Shown here piece after piece: positions 1 to 11,477 of a stretch of 64,000 bases of DNA. The translations under genes were made by a program, and so were the position numbers. The notes beneath the pieces are model-generated. The model had not been told where the DNA came from. It saw only the letters and a program-made list of their open reading frames with translations, and did no database searches. The stretch lies in the NCBI GenBank assembly GCA_963763065.1, contig CAVXMY010000005.1, positions 42,031 through 106,030 on the forward strand, written 5' to 3'. Within the stretch, counting starts at the first letter, position 1; each line of letters starts with the position of its first letter. This stretch comes from an uncultured Actinomycetota bacterium (lineage in GTDB: Bacteria > Actinomycetota > Actinomycetes > Propionibacteriales > Nocardioidaceae).

Positions 1-282
1 AAGGACGTCATCGAGGCGACCGGGCAGCAGCTCGACGAGGTCCGCATCACCGAGGTCACCGAGGGCGTCTTCTACGCGCTGCTGGTGCTCTCCTCCGGTG
101 CCGAGGTCAGCGCACGGCCCTCGGACTCCATCGCGCTCGCGCTGCGCACCGGCACCCGGATCGTGTGCGACGAGAACGTCCTCGACGAGGCGGGCATCGA
201 GGTGCCCGAGGAGGAGGAGCAGGAGGTCGAGAAGTTCCGCGAGTTCCTCGACTCGGTCTCGCCGGAGGACTTCGAGGGCTGA
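1..282 (+). CDS. Bifunctional nuclease family protein (DUF151, Rv1829-like), 3' part
   Basis: ARPSDSIALALR motif and acidic tail EVEKFREFLDSVSPEDF; directly upstream of the Rv1830-like MerR gene as in other Actinobacteria. Confidence 0.9.
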   Translation, partial: KDVIEATGQQLDEVRITEVTEGVFYALLVLSSGAEVSARPSDSIALALRTGTRIVCDENVLDEAGIEVPEEEEQEVEKFREFLDSVSPEDFEG

Positions 283-381
283 GCCCTGGCCACCCGCGCC
301 ACGGTCCTCGTTCGCCCGACGCCAACCTTAAAGTTCAACCTGAAGGTCAGACACGCGCGTCGCGCCGGGCCGAGGATGTCT

Positions 382-410
382 TTGACGCGGGGGCTCAGGG
401 GACCTACGGT
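382..410 (+). promoter_or_regulatory. SigA-type promoter of the MerR gene
   Basis: TTGACG-17 nt-TACGGT. Confidence 0.55.
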
Positions 411-508
411 GAATCTGCCTTCGTTGTAGTTCCACCGTTGTATCCCGTCTCGGGATCCACGGCTTCCCACGGGACTGCAGGACGCGGAGGGACGAAGCGG
501 AGGACACC

Positions 509-1108
509 GTGACTCAGAAGCACGACGCGGCTCCAGGCGCCGACACCGAGGCCGAGGCGCAGGCCCACGCGACGGCGGGGGAGCAGGGGCTGCTCTTCGA
601 CGACGACGTCTCGCCGCTGCCCGACGACGTCGGCTACCGCGGTCCCACCGCCTGCAAGGCGGCCGGCATCACCTACCGCCAGCTCGACTACTGGGCACGC
701 ACCGGTCTGGTCGAGCCGACCGTGCGCGGTGCCACCGGGTCCGGCACGCAGCGGCTCTACTCCTTCCGCGACATCCTCGTGCTCAAGGTCATCAAGCGTC
801 TGCTCGACGCCGGCATCTCGCTGCAGCAGATCCGCACCGCGGTGCAGCACCTGCGGGCACGCGGCACCGACGACCTCACCCAGGTCACGCTGATGAGCGA
901 CGGCGCCACCGTCTACTACTGCACCTCCAACGACGAGGTCATCGACCTCCTCCAGGGCGGCCAGGGCGTCTTCGGCATCGCGATCGGCGGCGTGTGGCGC
1001 GAGATCGAGGGAAGCCTGTCCGACCTGCCGTCGGAGAAGGCCGACCGTGAGGCCGCCGAGGCGGCCGACGAGCTCTCCTCCCGACGGGCCGCGAGGACCG
1101 CCGGCTGA
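509..1108 (+). CDS. MerR family regulator (Rv1830/McdR-like)
   Basis: GYRGPTACKAAGITYRQLDYWART...GSGTQRLYSFRDIL...GGQGVFGIA; synteny with gcvP. Confidence 0.93.
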   Translation: MTQKHDAAPGADTEAEAQAHATAGEQGLLFDDDVSPLPDDVGYRGPTACKAAGITYRQLDYWARTGLVEPTVRGATGSGTQRLYSFRDILVLKVIKRLLDAGISLQQIRTAVQHLRARGTDDLTQVTLMSDGATVYYCTSNDEVIDLLQGGQGVFGIAIGGVWREIEGSLSDLPSEKADREAAEAADELSSRRAARTAG

Positions 1109-1227
1109 CCGCTCGCACACCAGGTTCCTGACGGCGCGGCTGCTAGATTGGCCGCGCCGTTGTCATGTGCTCCAGACCTGCCCATGGCGCGCGTGCCTCG
1201 GGACATCTGCACCTCGCTGGGAGATCC

Positions 1228-4086
1228 GTGACCGACCTGAACGCCACCGGGGCGCTGCCCTTCGCCGAGCGCCACATCGGACCCGATCCCGAGGCCGTGG
1301 GCACCATGCTCGAGCGCCTCGGGCTCGACAGCCTCGAGGCGCTCATGGACGCGGCCGTGCCGAAGAGCATCCGCAGCCACGACCCGCTCCGGCTGCCCGA
1401 CGCGGTCGACGAGGAGACCGCCGCGGCGCAGCTGCGTCACCTCGCCTCGCTCAACAACCCGCTCGAGCCCATGATCGGCCTGGGCTACCACGGCACGGTC
1501 ACCCCGGCGGTCATCCGGCGCAACGTGCTGGAGGACCCCTCCTGGTACACCGCCTACACGCCGTACCAGCCGGAGATCTCCCAGGGCCGGCTCGAGGCGC
1601 TGCTCAACTTCCAGACCATGGTCAGCGACCTCACCGGGCTGCCCACCTCGGGGGCGTCCCTGCTGGACGAGGCCACCGCCGCCGCGGAGGCGATGACACT
1701 GGTCCGCCGGGCCCAGCGAGGCGCCTCCGGCGCCTTCGTGGTCGACGCCGACGCGCTCCCGCAGACCATCGCGGTGGTGCGCACCCGGGCCGAGGCGATG
1801 GGCATCGAGGTCGTCGTCGCCGACCTCCGCGACGGCCTGCCCGACGTCGAGGGTGGCGTCAGCGGCGTCCTCGTGCAGTACCCCGCGGCGTCGGGCTCGG
1901 TGACCGACCCGCGCGCCCTCATCGAGGCCGCCCACGAGGCCGGCGCGCTCGCGGTGGTCGCGGCCGACCTGCTCGCGCTCACCCTGCTGGAGTCGCCGGG
2001 CACGCTCGGGGCCGACGTGGCCGTGGGCACCTCGCAGCGATTCGGCGTCCCGCTGTTCTACGGCGGGCCGCACGCGGCCTACATGTCGGTGCGCTCCGGG
2101 CTCGAGCGACACCTGCCGGGCCGCCTCGTCGGGGTGTCGATCGACGCCGAGGGGCGCCCGGCCTACCGCCTCGCCCTGCAGACGCGCGAGCAGCACATCC
2201 GCCGCGACAAGGCGACCTCCAACATCTGCACCGCGCAGGTGCTGCTCGCGGTCGTGGCGGCGATGTACGCCGTCCACCACGGCCCGGACGGTCTCGCCGC
2301 GATCGCGCGTGGCGTGCACACGCGCGCCGCCCGCCTCGCCGCCGGCCTGCGTGCGGCCGGCCACGACGTCGTGACCGAGGCCTTCTTCGACACGATCACC
2401 GTGGCCGCTCCCGGGCGGGCGCGTGACGTCGTGGCGGAGGCCCGGAGGCTCGGCGTCCACCTGCGCCGGGTCGACGACGACCACGTGGGCGTCTCCGTCT
2501 CCGAGACCACGCGCGAGGACCACCTCCTCTCGGTGCTCGCCGCCTTCGGTGGCCAGGCGTCGGTCCCGGACGACGCCCCGTCGGCGCTGCCCGAGGGGCT
2601 CGCTCGCACCACCGCCTACCTCACCCACCCGGTCTTCACCACCCACCGGTCCGAGACCTCGATGCTGCGCTACGTCTCGCGCCTCGCCCGCCGCGACTAC
2701 GCGCTCGACCGCGGCATGATCCCGCTGGGCTCGTGCACCATGAAGCTCAACGCGACCACGGAGATGGAGCCGATCGGGCTGCCCGGCTTCGCGAACCTGC
2801 ACCCCTTCGCGCCCGCGGAGGACGCCGAGGGCTACCACCGGCTCATCGCCGAGCTGGAGAGCTGGCTCGCGGAGGTCACCGGCTACGCCGCCGTCTCGGT
2901 GCAGCCCAACGCCGGCTCGCAGGGCGAGCTCGCCGGCCTGCTCGCCATCCGTGCCTACCACCGCTCGCGCGGCGACGCGCAGCGCGACGTCTGCCTGATC
3001 CCGTCGTCGGCGCACGGCACCAACGCCGCCTCCGCGGTGATGGCCGGCATGCGGGTGGTGGTCGTCAAGGCTGCCGACGACGGCGCTGTCGACCTCGACG
3101 ACCTGCGGGCCAAGTGCGAGCAGCACCGCGACGCGCTCGCCGCGATCATGGTCACCTACCCGAGCACGCACGGAGCCTACGAGGAGGGCATCGGGGAGCT
3201 CTGCGCCGTCGTCCACGAGCACGGCGGCCAGGTCTACGTCGACGGGGCCAACCTGAACGCACTCGTGGGGCACGCCCTCCCGGGGGAGTTCGGCGGCGAC
3301 GTCTCGCACCTCAACCTGCACAAGACGTTCTGCATCCCCCACGGCGGGGGCGGCCCCGGCGTGGGGCCAGTCGCGGTCGCTGCGCACCTGGTCGACCACC
3401 TGCCCAGCCACCCGGACCACCCGGTGCCCGAGCGGCGCGACGGCATCGGGCCCGTCAGCGCCGCGCCGTACGGCTCGGCGGGCATCCTGCCGATCTCCTG
3501 GGCCTACGTGCGCATGATGGGTGGCGCCGGGCTCACCCGCGCCACCGCGGTCGCGGTGCTCGCCGCCAACTACGTCGCCCAGGAGCTCGAGCAGCACTAC
3601 CCGGTGCTCTACCGCGGCCACGGCGGCCTGGTGGCGCACGAGTGCATCCTCGACCTGCGGGGGCTGTCCAGGAGCAGCGGCGTGACCGTGGACGACGTCG
3701 CCAAGCGACTCATCGACCACGGCTTCCACGCCCCGACGATGAGCTTCCCGGTCGCGGGCACGCTCATGGTCGAGCCGACCGAGTCCGAGGACGTCACCGA
3801 GCTCGACCGCTTCGTCGGCGCCATGGTCTCGATCCGTGAGGAGATCGCCCGGGTCGAGTCGGGGGAGTGGGACCCGGCGGAGTCTCCGCTGCGACACGCC
3901 CCGCACACCTCCGCCTCGGTCGTCACCGAGGCGTGGGACCGCCCCTACCCCCGTGACCTCGGTGCGTTCCCCTCCGGGGCCGATCCGGACAAGTACTGGC
4001 CCCCGGTGGCGCGCATCGACCAGGCCTACGGCGACCGCAACCTGGTGTGCTCCTGCCCCGACCCGAGTGCCTTCGAGGTGGACTGA
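1228..4086 (+). CDS. gcvP: Glycine dehydrogenase (decarboxylating), P protein
   Basis: [38 protein letters not shown] lysine motif [10 protein letters not shown]-terminal [11 protein letters not shown]. Confidence 0.98.
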   Translation: MTDLNATGALPFAERHIGPDPEAVGTMLERLGLDSLEALMDAAVPKSIRSHDPLRLPDAVDEETAAAQLRHLASLNNPLEPMIGLGYHGTVTPAVIRRNVLEDPSWYTAYTPYQPEISQGRLEALLNFQTMVSDLTGLPTSGASLLDEATAAAEAMTLVRRAQRGASGAFVVDADALPQTIAVVRTRAEAMGIEVVVADLRDGLPDVEGGVSGVLVQYPAASGSVTDPRALIEAAHEAGALAVVAADLLALTLLESPGTLGADVAVGTSQRFGVPLFYGGPHAAYMSVRSGLERHLPGRLVGVSIDAEGRPAYRLALQTREQHIRRDKATSNICTAQVLLAVVAAMYAVHHGPDGLAAIARGVHTRAARLAAGLRAAGHDVVTEAFFDTITVAAPGRARDVVAEARRLGVHLRRVDDDHVGVSVSETTREDHLLSVLAAFGGQASVPDDAPSALPEGLARTTAYLTHPVFTTHRSETSMLRYVSRLARRDYALDRGMIPLGSCTMKLNATTEMEPIGLPGFANLHPFAPAEDAEGYHRLIAELESWLAEVTGYAAVSVQPNAGSQGELAGLLAIRAYHRSRGDAQRDVCLIPSSAHGTNAASAVMAGMRVVVVKAADDGAVDLDDLRAKCEQHRDALAAIMVTYPSTHGAYEEGIGELCAVVHEHGGQVYVDGANLNALVGHALPGEFGGDVSHLNLHKTFCIPHGGGGPGVGPVAVAAHLVDHLPSHPDHPVPERRDGIGPVSAAPYGSAGILPISWAYVRMMGGAGLTRATAVAVLAANYVAQELEQHYPVLYRGHGGLVAHECILDLRGLSRSSGVTVDDVAKRLIDHGFHAPTMSFPVAGTLMVEPTESEDVTELDRFVGAMVSIREEIARVESGEWDPAESPLRHAPHTSASVVTEAWDRPYPRDLGAFPSGADPDKYWPPVARIDQAYGDRNLVCSCPDPSAFEVD

Positions 4087-4090
4087 CCGG

Positions 4091-5431
4091 ATGCCCGTCA
4101 CCGACCTCACCGCACGCCGGCTGCGAGCGCGGCTGGCCCAGGAGCAGGTGCGAGGTCGGATCCCCTCGGTGGTCGCCGCCCTCACCCGCGACGGGGTGCT
4201 GGAGTGGCGGGGCTACCACGGTGACACCACGGGCGCCGACGCGCCGCCGCACGACCTGCAGTACCGCATCGGCTCCATCACCAAGACGATGACCGCCGTC
4301 CTGCTGATGCAGCTGCGCGACCAGGGACGGCTCTCGCTCGACGACCCGCTGGAGCGGTTCCTGCCCGGCATCGCGTACGGCGACCGGTCCCTGCGGACGC
4401 TGATGTCGCACTCCTCGGGTCTTCCGTCGGAGCCTCCGGGGGAGTGGTGGGAGCGCGTCGAGGGCGTGCCGTTCGACCAGCTGCGGGCGCGGCTGGATCC
4501 GGCCTCGGCGCCCTTCGCAGTCGGTGCGACGTACCACTACAGCAACCTCGCCTACGGCCTGCTCGGCGAGGTGGTCTCCGTGGTCAGCTCGACGACCTGG
4601 TGGGAGCACCTCACCTCGGCGCTGCTGCAGCCCCTGGGGATGCTGCGCACCACCTACGACCCGTTCGAGCCGCATGCACAGGGCTGGTCCGTCGACCCCT
4701 ACACCGGCGAGCTGCGGCCAGAGCCGCACACCGACACCGCGAGCATGGCGCCCGCCGGTCAGCTGTGGAGCACCGTCCTCGACCTCGCGACCTTCGCCGA
4801 CTTCCTGCTCGACGGGCATCGCGACGTGCTGCCCGCCGGCACGCTCGCCGAGATGTGCACCCCGCAGTCCGGCACCGTCGAGGACGGCCTCGGGCTCGCC
4901 TACGGTCTCGGGGTGCGGCTCTTCCCGGGAGGGTCGGGCACGCTGGTCGGTCACACCGGGAGCATGCCGGGCTTCCAGGCGGCACTCCTCGTCGACCGGG
5001 AGCGCCGCACCGGGTGCGTGGCCCTGGCCAACTCGACCACCGGGTTCCGGCCATCCGAGCTGTGCCGCGAGCTCACCGAGCAGCTGCACGAGGACGAGCC
5101 GCGGCTGGTGCCCGCGTGGCAGCCCAGCGTCTCCGTGCCCGACCCGGTGCGTCAGGTGGTCGGGGTGTGGCACTGGGGCAACACCGCGCTGCGCCTCGCC
5201 TGGGACGGCGCGCGGGTGAGGGCGTGGCACGTGGTCGGCGGGCAGCCCTACGGCTCGTGGGAGCTGGTCGGCGACCGGCTGGTGGGTGCCGCCGGGCACC
5301 ACCACGGCGAGGAGCTGGCACACCACGTCGACCCTGCCGGCACCGAGCACCTGACCTGCTCGACGTTCGTGCTGACGCGCACGCCGTACGACCCGCAGGC
5401 GCCGGTGCCGGGGGAGGCGGCGGCCGGCTGA
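4091..5431 (+). CDS. Serine hydrolase, beta-lactamase/AmpC family
   Basis: YRIGSITK (SxxK), YHYSN, GHTG motifs. Confidence 0.9.
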   Translation: MPVTDLTARRLRARLAQEQVRGRIPSVVAALTRDGVLEWRGYHGDTTGADAPPHDLQYRIGSITKTMTAVLLMQLRDQGRLSLDDPLERFLPGIAYGDRSLRTLMSHSSGLPSEPPGEWWERVEGVPFDQLRARLDPASAPFAVGATYHYSNLAYGLLGEVVSVVSSTTWWEHLTSALLQPLGMLRTTYDPFEPHAQGWSVDPYTGELRPEPHTDTASMAPAGQLWSTVLDLATFADFLLDGHRDVLPAGTLAEMCTPQSGTVEDGLGLAYGLGVRLFPGGSGTLVGHTGSMPGFQAALLVDRERRTGCVALANSTTGFRPSELCRELTEQLHEDEPRLVPAWQPSVSVPDPVRQVVGVWHWGNTALRLAWDGARVRAWHVVGGQPYGSWELVGDRLVGAAGHHHGEELAHHVDPAGTEHLTCSTFVLTRTPYDPQAPVPGEAAAG

Positions 5432-5448
5432 GTCGCCCGGGGTCGAGC

Positions 5449-5648
5449 TCAGCGGGCGCGGCTGACCGTCGACATGTGGCCGTGACATGGGTGAGCGGGC
5501 ACGCGCATCGCGGGCATGGCGGTCCTGGGCGAGGGCAGAGTGCCCCACTCGGGTGGGGAGGTCAGCGGGCGCGGCTGACCGTCGACATGTGGAAGTCGGG
5601 CACGCGCATCGCGGGCATGGCGGTCCTGGGGAAGTAGTCGCCCCACTC
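5449..5648. repeat. Imperfect ~90-100 bp direct duplication of the 3' end of the tldE-like gene
   Basis: tcagcgggcgcggctgaccgtcgacatgtgg...gcacgcgcatcgcgggcatggcggtcctggg...ccccactc starts at both 5449 and 5562. Confidence 0.85.
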
Positions 5649-6957
5649 ACGCGAGAACGTCGGCACGGTCTCGCCGACGTTCGTGTACCGGTCGAGGATC
5701 GCGACCGGGCTCTCGTTGAAGCGGAAGTTGTTCACCGCGGCGGTGATCTCGCCGCCCTCCACGAGGTAGACCCCGTCGCGGGTGATGCCGGTCAGCAGCA
5801 GCGTCTGCGGGTCGACCTCCCGGATGTACCACAGGCAGGTCAGCAGCAGCCCGCGCTCGACCTCGGCCACGACGTCCATGACGTCGCCTCGGCCGGCGGG
5901 GTCGCGCACCACGAGGTTGTCGATCGCCGGGGCTGCCTCCTGGCCCTGCTCTGCGGCGGCGTGACGGGTGCGCACCAGCCTGCGCAGCGTGCCCTCCTCG
6001 ACCCAGCGGGTGGGCTGCAGGGTCGCGCCGTTGTCGAAGACGCTGGCGTCGTCGTCGCTGGCCGCCACGGTGACGAAGGGGGTCGCCCCGAGCCCTGGGT
6101 AGCCGGGGTCGCTGAGCACCTCGACGTCGTGGCGGGAGAGCCGCTCGCCGATGCGGGTGCCGCCACCGGGGCGGCCGAAGACCGACTGGCCGTCGCGTGC
6201 GGCCCGGTCGCCGGCGCACCAGTAGGCGTAGATCATCAGGTCCGCGACCGCCGTCGGCGGCAGCACGGTGTCGTAGTGACCCGCGGGCAGGTCGACGGTG
6301 CGCTCCGCCCAGCCCAGCCGCTGCGCCAGGACGGCGTCCATGTCGGCGGCGTCGACGTCGCGGAAGTCGCGGGTGGCGCCGCCGACCCAGGCGCTGCTCG
6401 AGAGGTCCGCCGGCTTGCCGGTGCAGCCCCAGTGGCCGGTGGGCTGCACGTGACGGCGCCGCAGTCCCGAGGTGGACCCCGAGGTAGGTGGTGGCCATCT
6501 CGTGGTCGACGAAGCCGTACAGCAGGCGGTCGCCCGCCCGCGCGCGGCCGAAGGCCTCACCCAGTCCAGGGGCCAGGTCGGCGAACACGGCGATCCCGGT
6601 CTCCGCGGGGGCCTCGCCCCAGTCGGCGTCGGCGCCCCCCTCCGCGAGTGCGGTGGCGTCCGGGGCCGCAGCGGTCTCGCCGGCAGCCCTGTCCGCCGCC
6701 GCGACCAGCTCGGCCACCTGGTCGTGGGTCACCGCGGTGCCCGACATCGCCGCCACCGCGACACCGTCGGTGCGCTCGACGAACGAGTGAGTCGTCACGT
6801 GGGTGCGCGTGCCCGCGGCGTTGGTGGTGAGGGTGTTGTTGGCCCAGCGGAGGTTGGCGCCGTGCGTCACGCGCGCCACGACGATGCGGTGGTCGGCGCC
6901 GGGGATCTCCAGCGCGCGCTCGACCAGCTCGTGCGGGGGAGTGACGGTGGTGGTCAT
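5562..6957 (-). CDS. TldE/PmbA-like metallopeptidase subunit (frameshift near 6475)
   Basis: ANLRWANNTLTTN, LLLTCLWYIREVDPQTLLLTGITRDG, VNNFRFNESP; downstream of tldD. Confidence 0.88.
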
Positions 6958-6964
6958 CGTGTCC

Positions 6965-8476
6965 TCACGCTCCCGACTCGGTGGCGGTGTTGAGCACGTT
7001 GACGTCACGGAAGAGCGACGTCGGGCACCCGTGCGAGACCGCGGCGATCTGGCCCGGCTGCGCCTTGCCGCAGTTGAACGCTCCGCCCAGCTGCCACGTC
7101 TGTGGCCCACCCACCGCCTCCAGGGAGCCCCAGAAGTCGGTCGTCGTCGCCTGGTAGGCGACGTCGCGCAGCTGACCCGTCACCCTGCCGCCCTGGATCC
7201 GGTGGAAGCGCTGGCCGGTGAACTGGAAGTTGTAGCGCTGCATGTCGATCGACCAGGACTTGTCGCCCACCACGTAGATCCCCTCGTCCACCTGACCGAT
7301 CAGCTCCTCCGTGCTCGGACCCTCGGGGTCGGGCTGCAGGGAGACGTTGGCCATCCGCTGGATCGGGACGTGTCCGGGGGAGTCGGCGAACGAGCAGCCG
7401 TTGGAGCGGCCCTGGTTGAGGTCGGGGTGGCGGCGGCCCATCTCGCGGTCGAGCTGGTAGCCCACCAGCACGCCGTCGCGCACGATGTCCCACTGCTGGG
7501 TCGCCACGCCCTCGTCGTCGTAGCCGATCGTCGCCAGCCCGTGCTCCACGGTGCGGTCGCCGGTCACGTGCATGACCGGGGTGCCGTAGCGCAGCGTGCC
7601 GAGCTGGTCGGGGGTCGCGAACGACGTGCCGGCGTAGTTGGCCTCGTAGCCCAGCGCGCGGTCGAGCTCGGTCGCGTGGCCGACGGACTCGTGGATCGTC
7701 AGCCACAGGTTGGTGGGGTCGATCACCAGGTCGTAGCGTCCCGCCTCCACCGACGGCGCGGCGAGCTTCTCGGCGAGCATCTCGGGCAGCGCCGCGAGCT
7801 CGGCCTGCCAGTCGTGACGGCCGTCGACGAGGTACTCCCAGCCCCGACCGGCAGGCGCGGCGAGGGACCGCATCGAGTCGGCCACGCCTCGGTCCGCGTC
7901 GGAGCCGAACACCTCGACCACCGGATGGGTGCGCACGCGCTGCTGGGTGGTCACCGTGCCGTGGAGGTCTGCGTAGTGCTTGTTCTCGCGCACCTGCTCG
8001 ACATAGGCCTTGGACAGGTCGACGCCCGGTGCCGCCAGCAGGCCGGCGGACCACGAGCGGAGCAGGTCGACGCGCTCGGGAAGGGGCACGTCGAAGGGGT
8101 CGACGTCGTAGGCGGAGACCCAGGTGGCGGTGTGCACGGGCTCGGGCGCGAGCTCGACCGGCGGGTCGGTCATCGCCGCGGCGACCTCGGCCACGCTCAC
8201 CGCCACCTGCGCGAGCCGCACCGCCTCGGCCACGGTCAGCACGACGCCCGAGGCGAACCCCCAGGCGCCCCGGTGCACCACTCGCACCGCCATGCCGATG
8301 TCGGTGCTGTCGGCCACGCCTTGGAGGACGCCGTCGCGCACGCGGATCTCCTGGCCCCGCAGCTGCTCGAGCCGGAAGTCCGCGTGCTCGGCGCCCAGCT
8401 CCTCGGCCGCACCGAGGGCGGCCGCTGCGAGCTCGTCGCGGGGGAGCGCCAGGAACGCCGAGTCGATGTCGGGCAT
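6965..8476 (-). CDS. tldD: TldD family metalloprotease
   Basis: HESVGHATELDR (HExxxH), SWSIDMQRYNFQF, NCGKAQPGQ; leaderless -10 TAGGGT upstream. Confidence 0.93.
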   Translation of the reverse strand: MPDIDSAFLALPRDELAAAALGAAEELGAEHADFRLEQLRGQEIRVRDGVLQGVADSTDIGMAVRVVHRGAWGFASGVVLTVAEAVRLAQVAVSVAEVAAAMTDPPVELAPEPVHTATWVSAYDVDPFDVPLPERVDLLRSWSAGLLAAPGVDLSKAYVEQVRENKHYADLHGTVTTQQRVRTHPVVEVFGSDADRGVADSMRSLAAPAGRGWEYLVDGRHDWQAELAALPEMLAEKLAAPSVEAGRYDLVIDPTNLWLTIHESVGHATELDRALGYEANYAGTSFATPDQLGTLRYGTPVMHVTGDRTVEHGLATIGYDDEGVATQQWDIVRDGVLVGYQLDREMGRRHPDLNQGRSNGCSFADSPGHVPIQRMANVSLQPDPEGPSTEELIGQVDEGIYVVGDKSWSIDMQRYNFQFTGQRFHRIQGGRVTGQLRDVAYQATTTDFWGSLEAVGGPQTWQLGGAFNCGKAQPGQIAAVSHGCPTSLFRDVNVLNTATESGA

Positions 8477-8507
8477 GGTTGGCACCCTAGCCCCGCACTG
8501 CCCCCGC

Positions 8508-11477
8508 TCAGACCACCGACGTGGTGAGGCTGACCGCCGAGCCGTCACGCGACGCCGTCACGTGCAGCTGGGTGCTGATGCGCCCCCGGAGCTCGGTCAC
8601 GTGGCTCACGACGCCGACCGCGCGGCCGCCGCTGCGCAGGTCGTCGATGCAGTCCATGACGTCGTCCAGCGTGTCGGCGTCGAGCATCCCGAAGCCCTCG
8701 TCGATGAAGAGGGTCTCGATGTCCAGGCCGCCGGACTCGTGGGTGATGACGTCGGCGAGTCCGAGCGCCAGCGCCAGGGAGAGCGTGAACGTCTCACCAC
8801 CGGAGAGCGTGGACGGCGGTCGTGACTCACCCGTCCAGTCGTCCAGCACCTCGATGTCCAGCCCGGAGCGCCCCCGGGCGGTCGGTGCTCCGACGGTGCG
8901 CTGGAAGGTGTAGCGGCTGTCGCGCATCCGCAGCAGGCGCTCGTTCGCTGCCTCGAGCACCTGGTCGAGCCGCGTGGCGAGGACGTAGGACGACAGGCGC
9001 ATCTGGAGCTGGTTGTCGCCTCCGGTGCCCCGCACCAGGCGTGACATCGAGTCGGCCAGATCGTGCTCCGACTGGGCCGGCTGCCAGGCGGCCAGCGCTG
9101 CCTCGAGCTGGTCGTCCAGGCTCAGCAGCGCGGCGTGGCGGTCGCCGGCGGCCCGCAGGTCGGAGACGGCCTCCGTGTGGGCCCGCAGCCGACGACTCGG
9201 CGTCGGTGCGCGCGTCCGCGAGGGCCTCGTCGGAGTGGGGGAGCCCGGAGTCCGCGAGGGCCCGCACCTCGGGCTCGTCGAGGACCCCCGCGGCCCTCGC
9301 CCGGGTGTCGCGACGCGACTCCAGGAGGCGCTCCGACCGGGCTTCCTCCTCGCGGTCGAGCGCGGCCGTCCGGACAGCCTCTGGGCTGTCGAACCCAGCG
9401 GCGGTCGACGCTGCCTCGACGCGGCGGCGGCTCTCGCCGAGGTGGTGCACCGCGTCGTCGAGCTCGGTGAGGGCGCGCGCGGCTCGCCGCACCACCTCCA
9501 GCTCGTCGGTCGTCGCCGCGACCGCACTCGCGAGCGAGACCCCTGCCCCCAGGGCGGCCTCGACCTGGGGCTCGGTCTGCGCCACGACCTCGTCCGCCAC
9601 GGCCAGCTGCTGGGCGAGCTCCTCCCGAGCCGCCCGCGCCCGCTCGAGGCCATCGGCGGCGTCGCGGATGCGGGTCTGCAGCTCCTCGACCTGGTCGACC
9701 AGGCCGGCCACCTCGCCCTCCGCCTGCTCGATCCGCAGCCACAGCACGGGTCGCCTCGGCCTCGGCGGCACGGGCGGCCTCGACGTCCAGTCCGGCGCCC
9801 GCGCGCTCCAGCAGCGCCAGCCGCTGGCGCGCTGCAGCCAGCTCGCGCTGGGCCTCCTCGTGCAGGTCCCGCGCCCGGTCGGCGGTGTCAGCGGCCAGCT
9901 GCTGCTGCTCCCGCGACACGGCGTCGGGCTCGGCAGGCGCCGGGTCAGGGTGGTCGGTGCTGCCGCACACCTGGCAGCCGGCACCCTCGGTGAGCTCCCC
10001 GGCCAGCTCGCCCGCCATGCCGCGCAGCCGCCGCTCGACCAGGTCGAGGTGAGCCGCTCGGGTCTCGTTGGCCCGCTGGTGCGCCTCGCGGGCACGGGCG
10101 TCCACAGCCTCGACGTGCGCGCGGGCCTCGGGGAGCGCCTCCGCGGCCTCCCGGCGCTCGACGGCCTCCTGCAGAGCACGCTCGGAGTCGGCTCGCCGCG
10201 ACACCGCGGCCCGCGACTCCTCGAGCCTCCGGTCGAGGCGCTGCAGCTCCGCGGGCAGGGAGGTCGATGCCTCGGTGAGCCCGTCGAGCACGCTGGTGGT
10301 CTCGGCCAGCTGCGACACCCAGCAGCTCCCGTCGCCGGCTCGCGTCCTCGAGCCGGGACACGACGGGGCCGAGGGCCTGGAGCTCGCCGAGCCGCTGGGT
10401 CAGCACGACGACGGTGGCCTCGCAGGCCTCGCGGTCGACCGGCCCCGGCAGGGGCGCCGTGGCCCGCTCGGCCTCCTGCCGCGCGCGGGTGAGCCGCTGC
10501 TCCGCCTCGTCGAGCCCGGCCAGCAGGGGCAGGACACCCGCTGCTCGTCGGTGGTCGCTGAGCCGCGACGCCGCCTCCTGGGCCTCCGCCTCGGTGGCCG
10601 CCAGCGCGGACAGGGCATCCTGTGCCGCGTCACGGCGCCGCGCCGCGGCGTGTGCCGCGCCGACCTCGCGGTAGTGGTCCTGAGCACGGGCCGCGCGTCG
10701 CCCGGCCGCTGACTCGGCCCGGGTGCAGGCGTCGACGGCAGCGCGCGCCTGCTCGAGGACGTCCGTCCGCCACGAGCGGATGGCCGCGGAGCCGACGTCG
10801 TCGGGCGTCGGGCACCCCGCTCTGTCGGCCATCGTGGCGAGCAGCCGCAGCACCTCGGCGTGGTGCTCCTCGGCGCGACGCCGCAGCTGACCGGCACGCT
10901 CGTGCACCCAGCTCTCGATCCGGCCGAACCGCTGGGTCGCGAAGAGCTTCTCGAGGACGGCGCGCCGGTCGTCCGACGCCGCGTGGAGGAACGTGCTGAA
11001 GCCGCCCTGCGGGAGGAGCACGACCTGCTGGAACTGCTCCGCGGACATGCCGAGCAGCGGCCCCAGCTCGTGGCCGATCTCCTGCAGCCGGTCGGAGAGC
11101 AGGCGCTCCTCCCCACCCACGATCTCGAACAGCTTGGCGCGGGCACGCTCGGTGGTGGTGCCCTCACCGCGCCGCTTCGGGCGCTGCCACTCCGGGGAGC
11201 GCTCGATGCGCAACCTGCGTCCGCACAGGGTCAGCTCGAGCTCGACCAGCGGAGCAGCCGTCGGCGCGGCGTGGTCGGAGCGCAGGCCACGCACCTGGCG
11301 CTCGCCGGGCACGACGCCGTACAGGGCGAAGCAGACCGCGTCGAGCAGGCTGGTCTTGCCCGCGCCTGTCGGCCCGGTGAGCAGGAAGACGCCGGCGGCG
11401 TTGAGCTCCTCGAAGTCGACCTCCTGCCGCTCCGCGTAGGGGCCGAAGGCCTGCAGGGCGAGGGTGTGGAGCCGCAT
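8508..11477 (-). CDS. sbcC: SbcC/Rad50-like SMC ATPase (several frameshifts)
   Basis: N-terminal Walker A GPTGAGKT, zinc-hook CQVCGS, C-terminal LSGGE and FIDEGFG, coiled coils. Confidence 0.92.

Noticed and set aside
1109-1227. Glycine riboswitch upstream of gcvP
   Set aside because: The gap is short and I see no recognisable aptamer core.
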